A stretch of 64,000 nucleotides of DNA from the human T2T-CHM13v2.0 reference genome, Homo sapiens, in the NCBI RefSeq assembly GCF_009914755.1, contig NC_060925.1; one strand, 5' to 3'. Positions 1-13,432 of this stretch are shown here, in pieces; the stretch's first letter is position 1, and each line of letters starts with the position of its first letter. Both the position numbers and the translations under genes were made by a program. The notes beneath the pieces are model-generated. The model saw only the letters and a list, made by a program, of their open reading frames with translations, had not been told where the DNA came from and made no database searches.

Positions 1-2039
1 ATAACCTTTCTCGGGGAAACACTTAGAACGGTCCAAAAACCAAGCGTTTGGCCTTGCGACAGCGAAGGCTCCCAGTCCCTGCAGGTGTTGAGGCAGCAGG
101 ATCAGAGGCGGGAGCAGAAACCCACCCGAGAAGACGGACCTGGCGAAAAACCAGTGCCTCAGCCTCCACCCACCCCAGTCTGTGTTTTCACAAATGCACT
201 TTTTAGTGTCGATCCAGTGGGCTTGAGAAAAACATAGAAAAACCATGGTCTGTGTGTCAGCTGAACTCTGCTGGCTACTTAGAGGGAAGGAAAGTGATCT
301 CATAAAAACTGAGATTTTAATCAACCACTGTTGATCACAAGCCCTCTCCTACCGGCGAGACACAACCCTGGGCATCCTGTTGTAGGGCCTCGTGCCAAGC
401 CTGCTGGTTACCTGCCACCGAGAGAGAGCAATGAGGTCAGATGGTCCCTGCAGAAGTGAGATCATTAGAAAGCCACGTGCCCATCGTGTCCTGCGTGTAA
501 AGACTGCTACCACACAATGCCTGTGTCTATGACAGCACACACAAGACACTACAATCAATGTGTTAACTGAGAAAACTAAATTTTAAGAAAACAACCCAGA
601 AAAACATAGTGCCTTCCTCACAACTGCCTTTCTTGCCACCACTGTCCACCTGGGCCCCTGCCTTGCCAGAGGGAGCCACCCCGCTTCTGACGCTGGAAGC
701 CACTGTCTCCCTTTCACTTTCTTCCGCTGTATTTAAAATATCGAGTGCCTAAGTTTTTTCCAAGATGCTTCTTTCCAGGTTCCTACTGAAAAGCCTCATC
801 AATTTCCCCCACCGCAGGCACAACGGGTGCTGCCAACGTTGGAAAATAACTTTGGCACATTACAGTCCACCGCAGGCAGTCCTCATCTCCCAAGATCTGT
901 AATTTAAAAGATGACAACAAAATTGTAGGACCCGCCGTCCTTGGAGCTGCATTTATTTCAAGAATTACGGGGAAAAAAAAAAGACTTTCTTGGCCACTAA
1001 TGTATACACGTTAGGTACCAAAGGTATTTTTAATTGTAACATTTAACTGCTTATAGGTTTTTGTTTTGTGTTTTTTTGTTTTTAAGTATTGATCTGTCAA
1101 CTGGCTTAAAAATAAGGCTTCATTTTCTTCTCCCAAGGCCTTGCTCGTGACTGGGTCAGGCTTGCCTGCAAACCCAAGGCGGCAGTTCACAGCTCGGAGC
1201 CCGTGTGCCGCTGTCTGTTCTGTGGGCGGCAATCTGAGATGCCCCCATTTCTATATTTAATCCCAACTGACGGAGCGTGGGCGCCGGCCTCCTATATTAA
1301 GAAAATGATAGTAACTTCATCTTGTTTTAAATACCCCACCCGTTAGTAATTACAAGAGTTCTGAAAAGATCCAGTTGAGTGAGAACCTGCGAGACAGCCC
1401 TGGCCTCTCCCTCCCAGGTTCTGTGGCTGGGACCATGGACAGAGGAATATTCACTAAGTGGTTCCCGGACGTCTGGGAGCATCATAGACCCAGGGAGAAG
1501 GGCCAAGAGCTGCCCACGCCCATTGATTCCTTACATTCTATAGAGTCTGAAGCAGGGAAGGGGGGAGGTCTTGACTGCTTCCTGATGTTTGAGTATCCAT
1601 GCTTCACTTTCAAAATAAGGAAGCAGAGAAAGGGTAGATGGATTTTGCATCCCAACTGCCATGGAGGCCCCAGCAAGAGGAGGCTGCAGCTACACACGAG
1701 CCCCCAGGCCCACCCCTAAGAAGGACAGGCCAGTGAGAGGCTGCGGCCTCAGCCTGGAGGCTACCAAAGCAAGGTCGCTTCCTGGAAGGCCCAGAAATTT
1801 TGGTGGGGTGTCAGTTTCCTTCCAAGAGTCCAGGGGACGCTCCTTTTGAAGGGTTTGTGTTCATCACTTGGAACAGGGAAATGTTGTCAGTGGGTATCTG
1901 CCACGCATGCCCCTGGCGACCACAGCTAAAGAGAGAAGCACAGGCTGGACAATGTGGCACCAAAAAAAAAAAAAAAAGAAAGAAAAGAAAAGAAAAACAC
2001 CCCCATCCGACCCGTACACAGGTAGAAAAGTACGTTCTT

Positions 2040-3881
2040 TTTTTTTTTTTTTTTTTAATTGATAATTCTTGGGTGTTTCTCGCAGAGGGGGATTTGGCAG
2101 GGTCACAGGACAATAGTGGAGGGAAGGTCAGCAGATAAACAAGTGAACAAAGGTCTCTGGTTTTCCTAGGCAGAGGACCCTGCGGCCTTCCGCAGTGTTT
2201 GTGTCCCTGGGTACTTGAGATTAGGGAGTGGTGATGACTCTTAACGAGCATGCTGCCTTCAAGCATCTGTTTAACAAAGCACATCTTGCACCGCCCTTAA
2301 TCCATTTAACCCTGAGTGGACACAGCACATGTTTCAGAGAGCACAGGGTTGGGGGTAAGGTCACAGATCAACAGGATCCCAAGGCAGAAGAATTTTTCTT
2401 AGTACAGAACAAAATGAAAAGTCTCCCATGTCTACCTCTTTCTACACAGACACGGCAACCATCCGATTTCTCAATCTTTTCCCCACCTTTCCCCCCTTTC
2501 TATTCCACAAAACTGCCATTGTCATCATGGCCCGTTCTCAATGAGCTGTTGGGTACACCTCCCAGACAGGGTGGTGGCCGGGCAGAGGGGCTCCTCACTT
2601 CCCAGTAGGGGCGGCCGGGCAGAGGCGCCCCTCACCTCCCGGACGGGGCGGCTGGCCGGGCGGGGCGCTGACCCCCCCGCCTCCCTCCCAGATGGGGCGG
2701 CTGGCCGGGCGGGGGGCTGACCCCCCCACATCCCTCCCGGATGGGGCGGCTGGCCGGGCAGAGGGGCTCCTCTCTTCCCAGTAGGGGCGGCCGGGCAGAG
2801 GCGCCCCTCACCTCCCGGATGAGGCGGCTGGCCGGGCGGGGGGCTGTCCCCCCCACATCCTTCCCGGACGGGGCGGCGGGCCGGGCGGGGGGCTGACCCC
2901 CCCACCTCCCTCCCGGACGGGGCGGCTGTCCGGGCAGAGGGGCTCCTCACTTCCCAGTAGGGGCGGCCGGGCAGAGGCGCCCCTCACCTCCCGGAAGGGG
3001 CGGCTGGCCGGGCGGGGGGCTGACCCCCCCACCTCCCTCCCAGACGGGGCGGCTGACCCCCACCTCCCTCCCGGACGGGGTGGCTGCCGGGTGGAGACGC
3101 TCCTCACTTCCCAGACGGGGTGGCTGCCGGGCGGAGGGGCTTCTCACTTCTCAGACGGGGCGGTTGCCAGGCAGAGGGTCTCCTCACTTCTCAGACGGGG
3201 CGGCCGGGCAGAGACGCTCCTCACATCCCAGACGGGGCGGCAGGGCAGAGGCGCTCCCCACATCTCAGATGATGGGCGGCCGGGCAGAGACGCTCCTCAC
3301 TTCCTAGATGGGATGGCGGCCGGGCAGAGACGCTCCTCACTTTCCAGACTGGGCAGCCAGGCAGAGAGGCTCCTCACATCCCAGACGACGGGCGGCCAGG
3401 CAGAGACGCTCCTCACTTCCCAGACGGGGTGGTGGCCGGGCAGAGGCTGCAATCTCGGCACTTTGGGGGGCCAAGGCAGGCAGCTGGGAGGTGGAGGTTG
3501 TAGCGAGCCGAGATCACGCCACTGCACTCCAGCCTGGGCACCATTGAGCACTGAGTGAACGAGACTCCGTCTGCAATCCCGGCACCTCGGGAGGCCGAGG
3601 CTGGCGGATCACTCGCGGTTAGGAGCTGGAGACCAGCCCGGCCAACACAGCGAAACCCCGTCTCCACCAAAAAAATACGAAAACCAGTCAGGCGTGGCGG
3701 CGCGCGCCTGCAATCGCAGGCACTCGGCAGGCTGAGGCAGGAGAATCAGGCAGGGAGGTTGCAGTGAGCCAAGATGGCAGCAGCACAGTCCAGCTTCGGC
3801 TCGGCATCAGAGGGAGACCGTGGCAAGAGAGGGAGAGGGAGACCGTGGGGAGAGGGGGAGGGGGAGGGGGAGAGGGAGAGG
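2040..3881 (-). mobile_element. Full-length SVA retrotransposon (hominid-specific; subfamily not assigned, D-F-like)
   Basis: On the minus strand: CCCTCT/CCCCCT hexamer head (~3810-3881), Alu-like region (~3450-3810), GC-rich VNTR (~2560-3450), SINE-R (~2057-2560), poly(A). 8-bp TSD ACGTTCTT at 2032-2039 and 3882-3889. Confidence 0.96.
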
Positions 3882-5257
3882 ACGTTCTTACGGTTCATGG
3901 CAAGACCTCAACCAAATACTCCATATTTCTGGAAAGGGGTCAGTGCCCCATGATTTGAGAGGGATGACGTGCTGGCCACCAGGGACCCGGCTGAGAGGAG
4001 GACCCAGTGTGGGCAGGACAAAGTGAGTTCCTGGGACAGGTGCCTATAGGATGCTTGGACTGGAGTGATATGAACCCCACGCCCAGGCTTTCAGGGTTGA
4101 CACCATCTCGGGGTTCAAGGTTCAAGTTCACCAGTCCCCACGTCCCGCTCCCCCGCTGAAGCATCAGGATGGACGTGAAGCTGTTCTTCAGAACAGAAGA
4201 ACCTGGAGAACGATGTTTTCAAACACCAAGATCCTAGAAGGCGAGTACTAGAAGGAATTTAACTGCAGCCTGTGCCACTCAGCTTCACGAGGAAGAAAGC
4301 GGCGTCCCAAAGCATTTGTTTGTTCACCTCTTGATCCCCCTAGACCAGAAGTTCCTCAAGAGTAGGGAACAGCTCTTCGTCCACCTTTTTCCTTCCTTGC
4401 CCCAACACTGAGGGTCTGGTGTGTTGTGTCCCACGTAGCAGTGGGGGCTCCGGCCAAACAAGGTCACGGAATTGGAAAAGAGTAACTGTGCCCTCTTTTG
4501 CATTTTTCAGTGAAAGTCAACTCCTCCTGCAGGTGCAAAAGATTGTTTTTTCACAACTGCCCCAAGAAGACCAAGTGAACAAGAGCGTCTTGGTGGAGGC
4601 CTCACTTGCGTCCCCTCCCATGTTTTCTCTGCCTTCCCTTTCCTCTGCCTCCTCCTATAGTCTCAGGCTAAGCTGTGCTGTCCCCTGGCCTCAAGACCCC
4701 CAGCAGCGTTGTTTGGCTCCCCAGCAGCTAGACACCTGCATGGATGTTTGTCGCAGAAGGTTTGACTCCCAACCAGCCAGCAGGGCTGTGTCTTCTTCAC
4801 AGTGTCCCTGGTGGAGCACGGCGGGGCTCGGCACACAGGAGGTGCCTGGTCACTGGTTCTCGAGTTAGAGAGCGGTCATTACGTGTTTCTCACGTGCAGC
4901 GCACGTGCAGCCTGGCACAATCCTCTGGGTGGGGCTGACTGCGCGGCACCAGCACAGTCCGCAGTCCTTCCCACGCAGGACCTTCATTTTTCCCAGTCCA
5001 GTCATTCAGCTACTGAGTGCTGACTCCATGCCAGGCCCTGCGCTAAGTGGGAATGCAGGAGTGAACAGACAGACAGAGGTCACAGGAAAGTGTGTCAGGA
5101 GTGATGGTGCCTTGGAATAAAAAGTAAGCTGAGGCAGTCTAATTTATACAGAGTGCTCATGAGAGGTCTCTTTCCTTTTCTTCAGAGACCTGGAGAAAAA
5201 CACAGGCAGCCTTACAGTTGTCTGGGTAACCCAGGTAGAGAGAAAGAACCAAGACCC

Positions 5258-6497
5258 TGGCAGAGGGAACAGCAACAGGCGGAGGGAAGAGCAACCAGGC
5301 AGAGGGAACAGTAACAGGAGGAGGGGACAGCAACAGACAGAGGGAACCACAACAGGCGGAGGGAACCACGACCAGGCGGGGGAACTGCAACAGGCGGAGG
5401 GAACTGCAACCAGGCAGAGGGAACCGCAGCAGGCAGAAGGAACAGCCACAGGTGGAGGGAACTGTGACCGGGCAGAGGGAACTACAACTGGGCAGAGGGA
5501 ACCACAAACAGGCAGAGGGAACCACAACCAGACAGAGGGAACTACAACTGGGCAGAGGGAACCACAAACAGGCAGAGGGAACCACAACAGGCAGAAGGAA
5601 CAGCAACAGGTGGAGGAAACTGCAACCAGGCAGAGGGAACCACAACCAGGCAGAGGGAACTACAACCAGGCAGAGGGAACCGCAACAGGCAGAAGGAACA
5701 GCCACAGGCAGAGGGAACAGTGACCAAAGGGAACTACAACCAGGCAGAGGGAACCACAACAGGCAGAAGGAACAGCCACAGGCAGGGGGAACAGCGACCA
5801 GAGGGAACTACAACCGGGCAGAGGGAACCACAACAGGCAGAAGGAACAGCAACAGGCAGAGGGAACCACGACCAGGCAGAGGGAACTACAACCAGGCAGA
5901 GGGAACCGCAACAGGCAGAAGGAACAGCCACAGGCAGAGGGAACAGTGACCAGAGGGAACTACAACCGGGCAGAGGGAACCACAACAGGCAGAAGGAACA
6001 GCCACAGGCAGGGGGAACAGCGACCAGAGAGAACTACAACCGGGCAGAGGGAACCACAACAGGCAGAAGGAACAGCAACAGGCAGAGGGAACCACGACCA
6101 GGTGGAGAGAACTGCAACAGGCAGAGGGAACCACAACCAGGCAGAGGGAACTACAACCGGGCAGAGGGAACCACAACAGGCAGAAGGAACAGCCACAGGC
6201 GGAGGGAACAGCAACCAGAGGGAACTACAACTGGGCAGAGGGAACTACAACCGGGCAGAGGGAACCACAACAGGCAGAAGGAACAGCAACAGGCAGAAGG
6301 AACAGCAACAGGCAGAGGGAACCACGACCAGGCAGAGGGAACAGCCACAGGCAGAGGGAACCGCAACCAGGCAGAGAGAACCATGACCAGGTGGAGAGAA
6401 CTGCAACCACGTGAAGGGAACAGTGACTGGATGGAAGGAAAAGCGACTGGGCGGAGGGAAAAGCGACTGGGCGGAGGGAACAGCGACCGGACAGAGG
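5258..6497. repeat. Complex minisatellite, 16-20-bp units around (C)AGGCAGAGGGAAC(C/T)ACAAC, ~1.24 kb
   Basis: Direct reading. Plus strand nearly T-free. Produces the repetitive AEGTTT/GRGN/QREPQ and WFPLP ORFs. Confidence 0.95.
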
Positions 6498-8359
6498 GCT
6501 CCCAGCACAGCCAGTACATCTCCCCAGACCCTCCTAGACTGTCATAGCTGGCGCAGTCAGTGGCTCTTTACTGATAAACTTATTTGTAGACTGAAGATAG
6601 CACAGAATAGAAAACCACTACGTCCTGGCCACTATTTTCTGCCATGACAGCACTCACCGCCAAGGCCGATCAACAGTCATGTTCGCCCTGTCGGCTTTCA
6701 TTTACTCCCTTGACCCAGGTGTGCACACTGTGACTTGGGGCTGGCAGAGCAGGCAAAACAGACGTGGTCTCCAGCCTCGGCAGCAGAGGCCGAGTCATCC
6801 CAGTTAAGGGGCTCAGTCATGACCTCACACCCACATTCTGCAAACCAGGTGCCAGGGCAGTGCCCAGTAGGCTGCAACTAGAGGGTGCTTGGACTTGGAC
6901 GGGACAGCGGAACAAGCTCTGATGGCCCAAACTTTACAGGTTCTGTGTTGGTAAAGACTTGGATTTGGGGGATTGCAGTAGGGGGCTGGGAGGACAGCTC
7001 CAAGATATGGGGAGAGGAGGGACCCAGAGACCCAGACAGAGACATAAAGTCGGCCTGCTCCTGCCCTGAGTCTTTCCGCCTCCTTCCTGTGGGTGGATTT
7101 TGTTATTTTTTTTTTCCAGTTCCAACACTTAGGTATTTTTTATTTTTCCTTTTAAGTAATAAGCTCAAAGTTTGTCACTTTTACTCCGAAAACATCTTTA
7201 GCTATCTCCCCGATTTTGATAGGAAGTATTCAGTTTTCATTATCTTCTACATAATCATAAGTCCAGACGTTACTTTTTCTTTGGCCGGCAGTTATTTGCA
7301 GGAGTGTTCCATTTCCAGGGGCTATGTTCTCGTTAAGGAGGCTTAGGCTTAATGGGTCTCACTTTAGGGAACTTATAATTAAAACGCTCTTTGTGGTCAA
7401 GTGCATGATCCTATTTTGTAAACGCTCCCCTGGATATGAGAAAAAAGCTTGAGTTCCCCATGGAGCAGAACATTCTCTATGTCTGTAATAATAAAACTAA
7501 TAAAGTAAATGTAATAAAAGTTATGAAAGTAACTGATCTTTCTTAAATGCCTCCCATGTGCTGCCTTCCCTGTGTTATCTCGTCTGTTTGTAATCCCTGC
7601 ATTATCTCACTGGTGGGGAGGAGAGAAAGGCCCAGAGAGTTTAGGTTAGGTGAGGGCTGCCACAGGTCACAGCCTCAGGGCACCGTTCACACGTCACCTT
7701 CAGAAGTTAGGACAAGGACAGCAAGTGGGGAATCCAGAGGAAGAGCAGGTCCAAGGTGAAGCTGCCACAGGCTGCCAGAGCTTGGGAGTAACAACTGAGC
7801 TGGATATTAGAAAATCTGTCAGTTGCCACTTGGAGGCGGGAGCTGAGGCCGTGGGGTCAGGTGAGCTCACGGGAGAAAAGGTGGGAAGAGGGTGAGGGCA
7901 GACCTCAGGGGCACACCCACACTCAGGGGCAGGTGAAAGAGGAGGAGGCAGAGCCTCCAGAGAGCCCCAGGGTCCTCCCCCTGATGTGCGCAGAACCACT
8001 CGGGGTGCGATCAACATTCAGACACCCAGGCCCATTCCCCAGCCACCCTGGCGCCCACCAGCGTGGGAGGATGAAGGCCTTGGAAAGCATAATGGCCTGA
8101 AATCCTGTGAGGGGACCTCAGGGTGGCCAGGTCAGTGGTGTCCAATGCTCTGGAGAGGTCCAGGGACATGGGTGGGAGATTGCTGGACATAGGGACACGG
8201 TTGCTGGATCCATTGAGACAAACCTACACTCTAGCTGTGGGTTTCTGAGGCCCCTGAATCATCAGAGCCACCCAGGGCACTTGTTGCTAAAAATACAGGT
8301 TTCTGGGCCCCAGCCCAGCCCTGCTGCAGCAAAACCTCCAGGAGAAGGGCTGGGGAATC

Positions 8360-8859
<500 letters not shown>

Positions 8860-9849
8860 TAGTTTTTACTCAGAGCCGATGTGATCAGTAAACGTTGAGG
8901 TTCTTTTCTAAGCCAGAGAACAACCCATGCCCTCCCTCCATTCCCCTCACGCTCTAAAGACCCTGATACAGGAACCGGAGAAGCAACCAGAACAACCCGG
9001 ATCATCCCATGGACGAGGGCCCCATGAGGGCCACATCTAGGCTGAAATGAGAGAGACAGGCTGATGTACCACAAAGGTGCGGTGTTGGGGGTGCCAGCCG
9101 GGTCAGTTCCCCCAACAAAACCGGTCCAGGGCAGGGCTGGAGCTGCCGCTGTCCGCAAGGTTCAATCTGCCCCTCAAGGTATCTCAACTCCCTCCGTCCC
9201 CAGCTATTGGGGTCTCTTGTGGTATAATTCAGGGAGGATCACAGTAACTAACTGTAGGAATGAGGTTCTTCTTCCGGCTTCTCAAAATAGCTCAAAATGG
9301 GTACTAGGCTGCTCACTTAAGGGTACCCAGGAAGATGACAAGAAGGATTTCAGAACTGGGAAACTTGCTGAGAAGAAGGGAAACACACTCATGGACACAC
9401 GAGTCCAGGAGCGCCCCTTTCTCACAGCCGTTTCTCTTTCCCAGGGTAGGACGTTTACCGCGGCAGTGCTGCCCCAGCCTGTCCCCGAGAATTCCCTGGG
9501 GAGCTTGGGACACTACAGCTCCTGGACACCCCTCACCCCGACTCCCAGGGTCTGGGTCACCTGTCGGGTGGGGTCTGGGTGTCTGTGGTTTTAAGAGTTC
9601 CCCAAGTGACCTTAATAGGCAGCAGAGACGAGGTCACAGATCCAACCTCTCAGGGGAGGCGCCAACATCACCTCAAGTGGAGGAGACATACAGACCGGAT
9701 CTGACGGAGAAGTGAGAAGAGGGCAGGATGGAGAGGAAGGGCTGGCTCTAAGCAAAAGGAGGCTGCGTCTCCCTCGGTAGAGCTGGTGGCCGGGGAAGGA
9801 GCCTGAGATAGAGGGAAAGGCTCCAAAGCTAACCACAGGATGGGCGGTT

Positions 9850-10505
9850 AGCAGGGGCCAGGGGAGATGGTTAAGGGGTATTACAAAATTGAAAGAATGA
9901 ATAAGCCCTACTATTCGACAGCACAACAGGGTGACCACAGTCAATAATAACGTAATTGTACATTTCAAAATAACTAAAAGAGTGTAAGTGGATTGTTTGT
10001 AACACAAAAGATAAATGCTTGAGGAAATGGATACCTCATTCCCCATGATGTGCTTTCTTTCTTTCCCTCCCTCCCTCCCTCCCCCTCTCTCTATCTCTCC
10101 CTTTCTTTCTTTATTTCTTTATTTCGAGGCAGAGTCTCGCTCTGTCACCCAGGCTGGCTGGATTGGAGTGGCATGATCTTGGCTCACTGTAACCCCTCCC
10201 TCCTGGGCACAAGTGATTCTCCTGCCTCTGCCTCCCAAGCAGCTGGGATTACAGGCACCCGCCATCATACCCAACTAATTTTTGTATTTTTAGTAGAGAC
10301 AGGGTTTTACCATGTTGGCCAGGCTGGTCTCAAACTCCTGACCTCAAGTGATCTGCCCACCTTGGCCTCCCAAAGTGCTGGGACTACAGGCGTGAGCCAC
10401 CGCACCTGGCCGATGTACTAATTTCATATTGTGTGCCTGTATCAAACCATCTCATGTACCCCATAAATATATATACCTACTATGTACCCAAAAAATTTTT
10501 TAAAA
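9850..10505 (+). mobile_element. L1MA-type 3' end interrupted by a minus-strand Alu (~10055-10412)
   Basis: CAACAGGGTGAC..AGTCAATAATAA...TGTATCAAA.CATCTCATGTACCCCATAAATATATA.ACCTACTATGTACCC is typical of an L1MA 3' UTR. Confidence 0.75.
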
Positions 10506-12384
10506 AGCTGTCCACAGATGAAATTAAAACTTTTTAATTACATGAGGTGAGCCCACCTGCCAAAACTGCCTGGGAAGGGTGGCCTAGAGCGCAGAGATTG
10601 AGAGAGACATGACACGGCCCAGTGGGGACTCCAGACCAGTAGCCTCAGCATCGCAAGGAGCAAGGGGGCAGTGCAAGTTCTTGGGCCCCTTCCTACCTAC
10701 CAAACACCTGGGGTGACCCCAGTGAGCCAGAACCATGGCTCTCAATGTGAGTGCACAGCATAATCGCCTGCGGCTGCTAAGCTGGTGGTGTCTGGGGGAC
10801 AGGGGTGGAGAAGGATGTCACTTCACTTGGAAGAAACACCCAGAAACTGCAAACTACGTGATTTGCTATCCAGATAAATGGGTTAGTAATAAAAAGTCCC
10901 TGGAAGATCAAGGATAGGCCAAGGGCTGAAGGCTGGAATGGGGAGGGAAGATCAGGCCAGCAGACAGGCAGAGGTTGCGGCCAGAAAGTGGAGGGAAAAT
11001 CTACAGTCCCTGAATTTCCCAGCAAAAACCTCAGAAGCCAGAAGACATGGAACAAACGCTTCCAAGCCCTGTAAGGAACACTTCCCCACACCCTGCTCAG
11101 CCACAAGTCTTTTCAGACGCGCAAAGCTTGGGAAGATGACCCTCTAGGCCCCATGACAGAGACTATCTCTTCCTTCATCAGTCACTCCAATGTCTAACAG
11201 ACACGTCTGACCAGCGGCACTCACCCACCCACAGATGTGGCCACATGAGGACATTGTGGCCAAAAGGGGAGGCTGCAATTTTCAATATGCCCTCCACCCC
11301 TTTGGGGCTGGACGCTGATGAAGAGATAGGCAACATGTGGCTCACCAAGAGGGCACTCCCAGGCTGGCGGAGCCACAGGGCAGCAGAAGCCTGGGTCCCC
11401 AGCACCACGGGGCTGCCTATCGGCTGTGGATCGCTCACAGCTGCATTGTTAGTTCAAAAAAAAAAAAGAAAAAGTCCTCTCTCTTGTTGAAGCCAAGCTG
11501 TCTGGGTGGCAGCTGAGCCTTTATTCCAGTTAATATATTGCCTTTCTTGGGGAGCCACTGGAGGACATGTTCCACCAAAACCAGCAAAGAGAAAAATTGA
11601 AGATCCATGAATCCTGGCATCCAACCCAGGCGAGTGCAAAGGCCGTCCCAGGAGAGCAGTTTAGAGCAGGCACAGAATGAGCAACGTGGAGGAGGACTGA
11701 AGGCGGACCCCTCTAGGGAACATGGCAGGGAACAGTTCCGTGGCAGGCAGACTGTACTGAGAGCATCTTACAGAGCTGCTGGAGGGCACAGAACAACCAT
11801 TGGCTTTCGTAGTAACACCGTTTCGAGGGAAAGTAATCACAGTACCCCACCTGATGAACAGTGATGGGGCTCATGCATCTGAAACTTACGCATCAAGGGA
11901 CAGCAACAGAGCCTCATGCTTAGGAAGCAGAGTCCTGAATCAGAAACAGGAGCTACCCCTGCAGGAGCGATGGGAGGAAGAGAGACCCACAAGCCCTCTG
12001 GATTGTTTCCACATAATACTTAAGTATAAAATAATTAATTTAAAAATAAAAAATAAAGTACAAGGAAAAAACTAAGATGGCCAAAAGTTGAGAAGTGAAG
12101 AATGCATGCTCAAGACTCCTCTAAGGTCTGCCTTGAACAGGGCTACCGGCTGACCCCCAAGAACTTCCCTCTCCCAAGGTCTGGACCCCCACAGGTATCT
12201 GCTAGGTCACCCCTTCAGTCTGTACAAGCAAACGTGGGGGTAGTGGAGGGGAGAACAGGGGGTAACTGGTCTTTTCTGGGCCGATCCTGAGCACTCTATG
12301 CAGGAGGGTGGGGGACCATGGAGTGACTCACTCAGGACTCAAGGGAAGACAGAAACCAAAAGCCCAGTTTGCCCTCTTCACATG

Positions 12385-12618
12385 CCCTTCAACCCAGAAC
12401 TGCACGCACACCACCAACCCTCCTCCCGCATGGGATGATGACGGTCCTCCACACCCTCCACGAGCCATTCAACCCAGAACGGCAGAGACCCCGCCAACCC
12501 TCCTCCCTCATGGGACGATGACGGTCCTCCACACCCTCCACGAGCCCTTCAACCCACAACTGCACACACACCATCATCAACCCTCCTCCCGCACGGGACA
12601 ATGACCCTCCACACCCTC
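12385..12618. repeat. 80-bp tandem repeat, ~3 copies
   Basis: AACCCA(G/C)AAC recurs at 12391, 12471 and 12551, each followed by CCCTCCTCCC..GGGA..ATGAC..CCTCCACACCCTC. Confidence 0.9.
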
Positions 12619-13113
12619 GGGCTCACTCCCCAGATCTCTACTATTCCCCTAACTAAAGACAGGAGGTTCTGTCCATGCAACCAGGAAAGCAGCAGTGAGC
12701 TAGTGTCTGGTGGGAGCACTGCGTTCTCCCTGTGATTCCAGGCAGAAGAGCTCCTCCCTTTCCAAGACACCCTTCATGAGTTTATCACCACCCAGACCTG
12801 TGTGGAAAGTCCTCAAGACCAAGGCTAGCCAGTGTGTGGAACTCACAGAAAACGGGACTCGGGCGCAGCTTTGCGCAGTCTAGAATTACAGAATAAAGGC
12901 TAAATTGGCATCCACTTCACCATTTTCTTCTGCAACTGGCATCTAGTGAATTACAGTTTAGTGAAGATTTTGATTCAAATGATTTTAGATGCCATTCTTG
13001 CCAACAGTACTTTACAGGAAAATACGATAAAATCACAGTTCGTGTTTTCAATGTGGTGTTTATTTTATTCATTCACTCGTGGTGAGTTACCAGGCCCTAT
13101 AAGAGAAGGTTAA

Positions 13114-13432
<319 letters not shown>

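Noticed and set aside
2228-3958. Many 60-155 aa ORFs over the SVA
   Set aside because: Translations of SINE-R, VNTR and Alu-like SVA sequence; no independent gene structure.
5144-6547. Long repetitive ORFs (up to 275 aa) and a superficial CRISPR-like periodicity
   Set aside because: Stop-free because of base composition. Units are contiguous with no unique spacers, and this is mammalian DNA with no cas genes.
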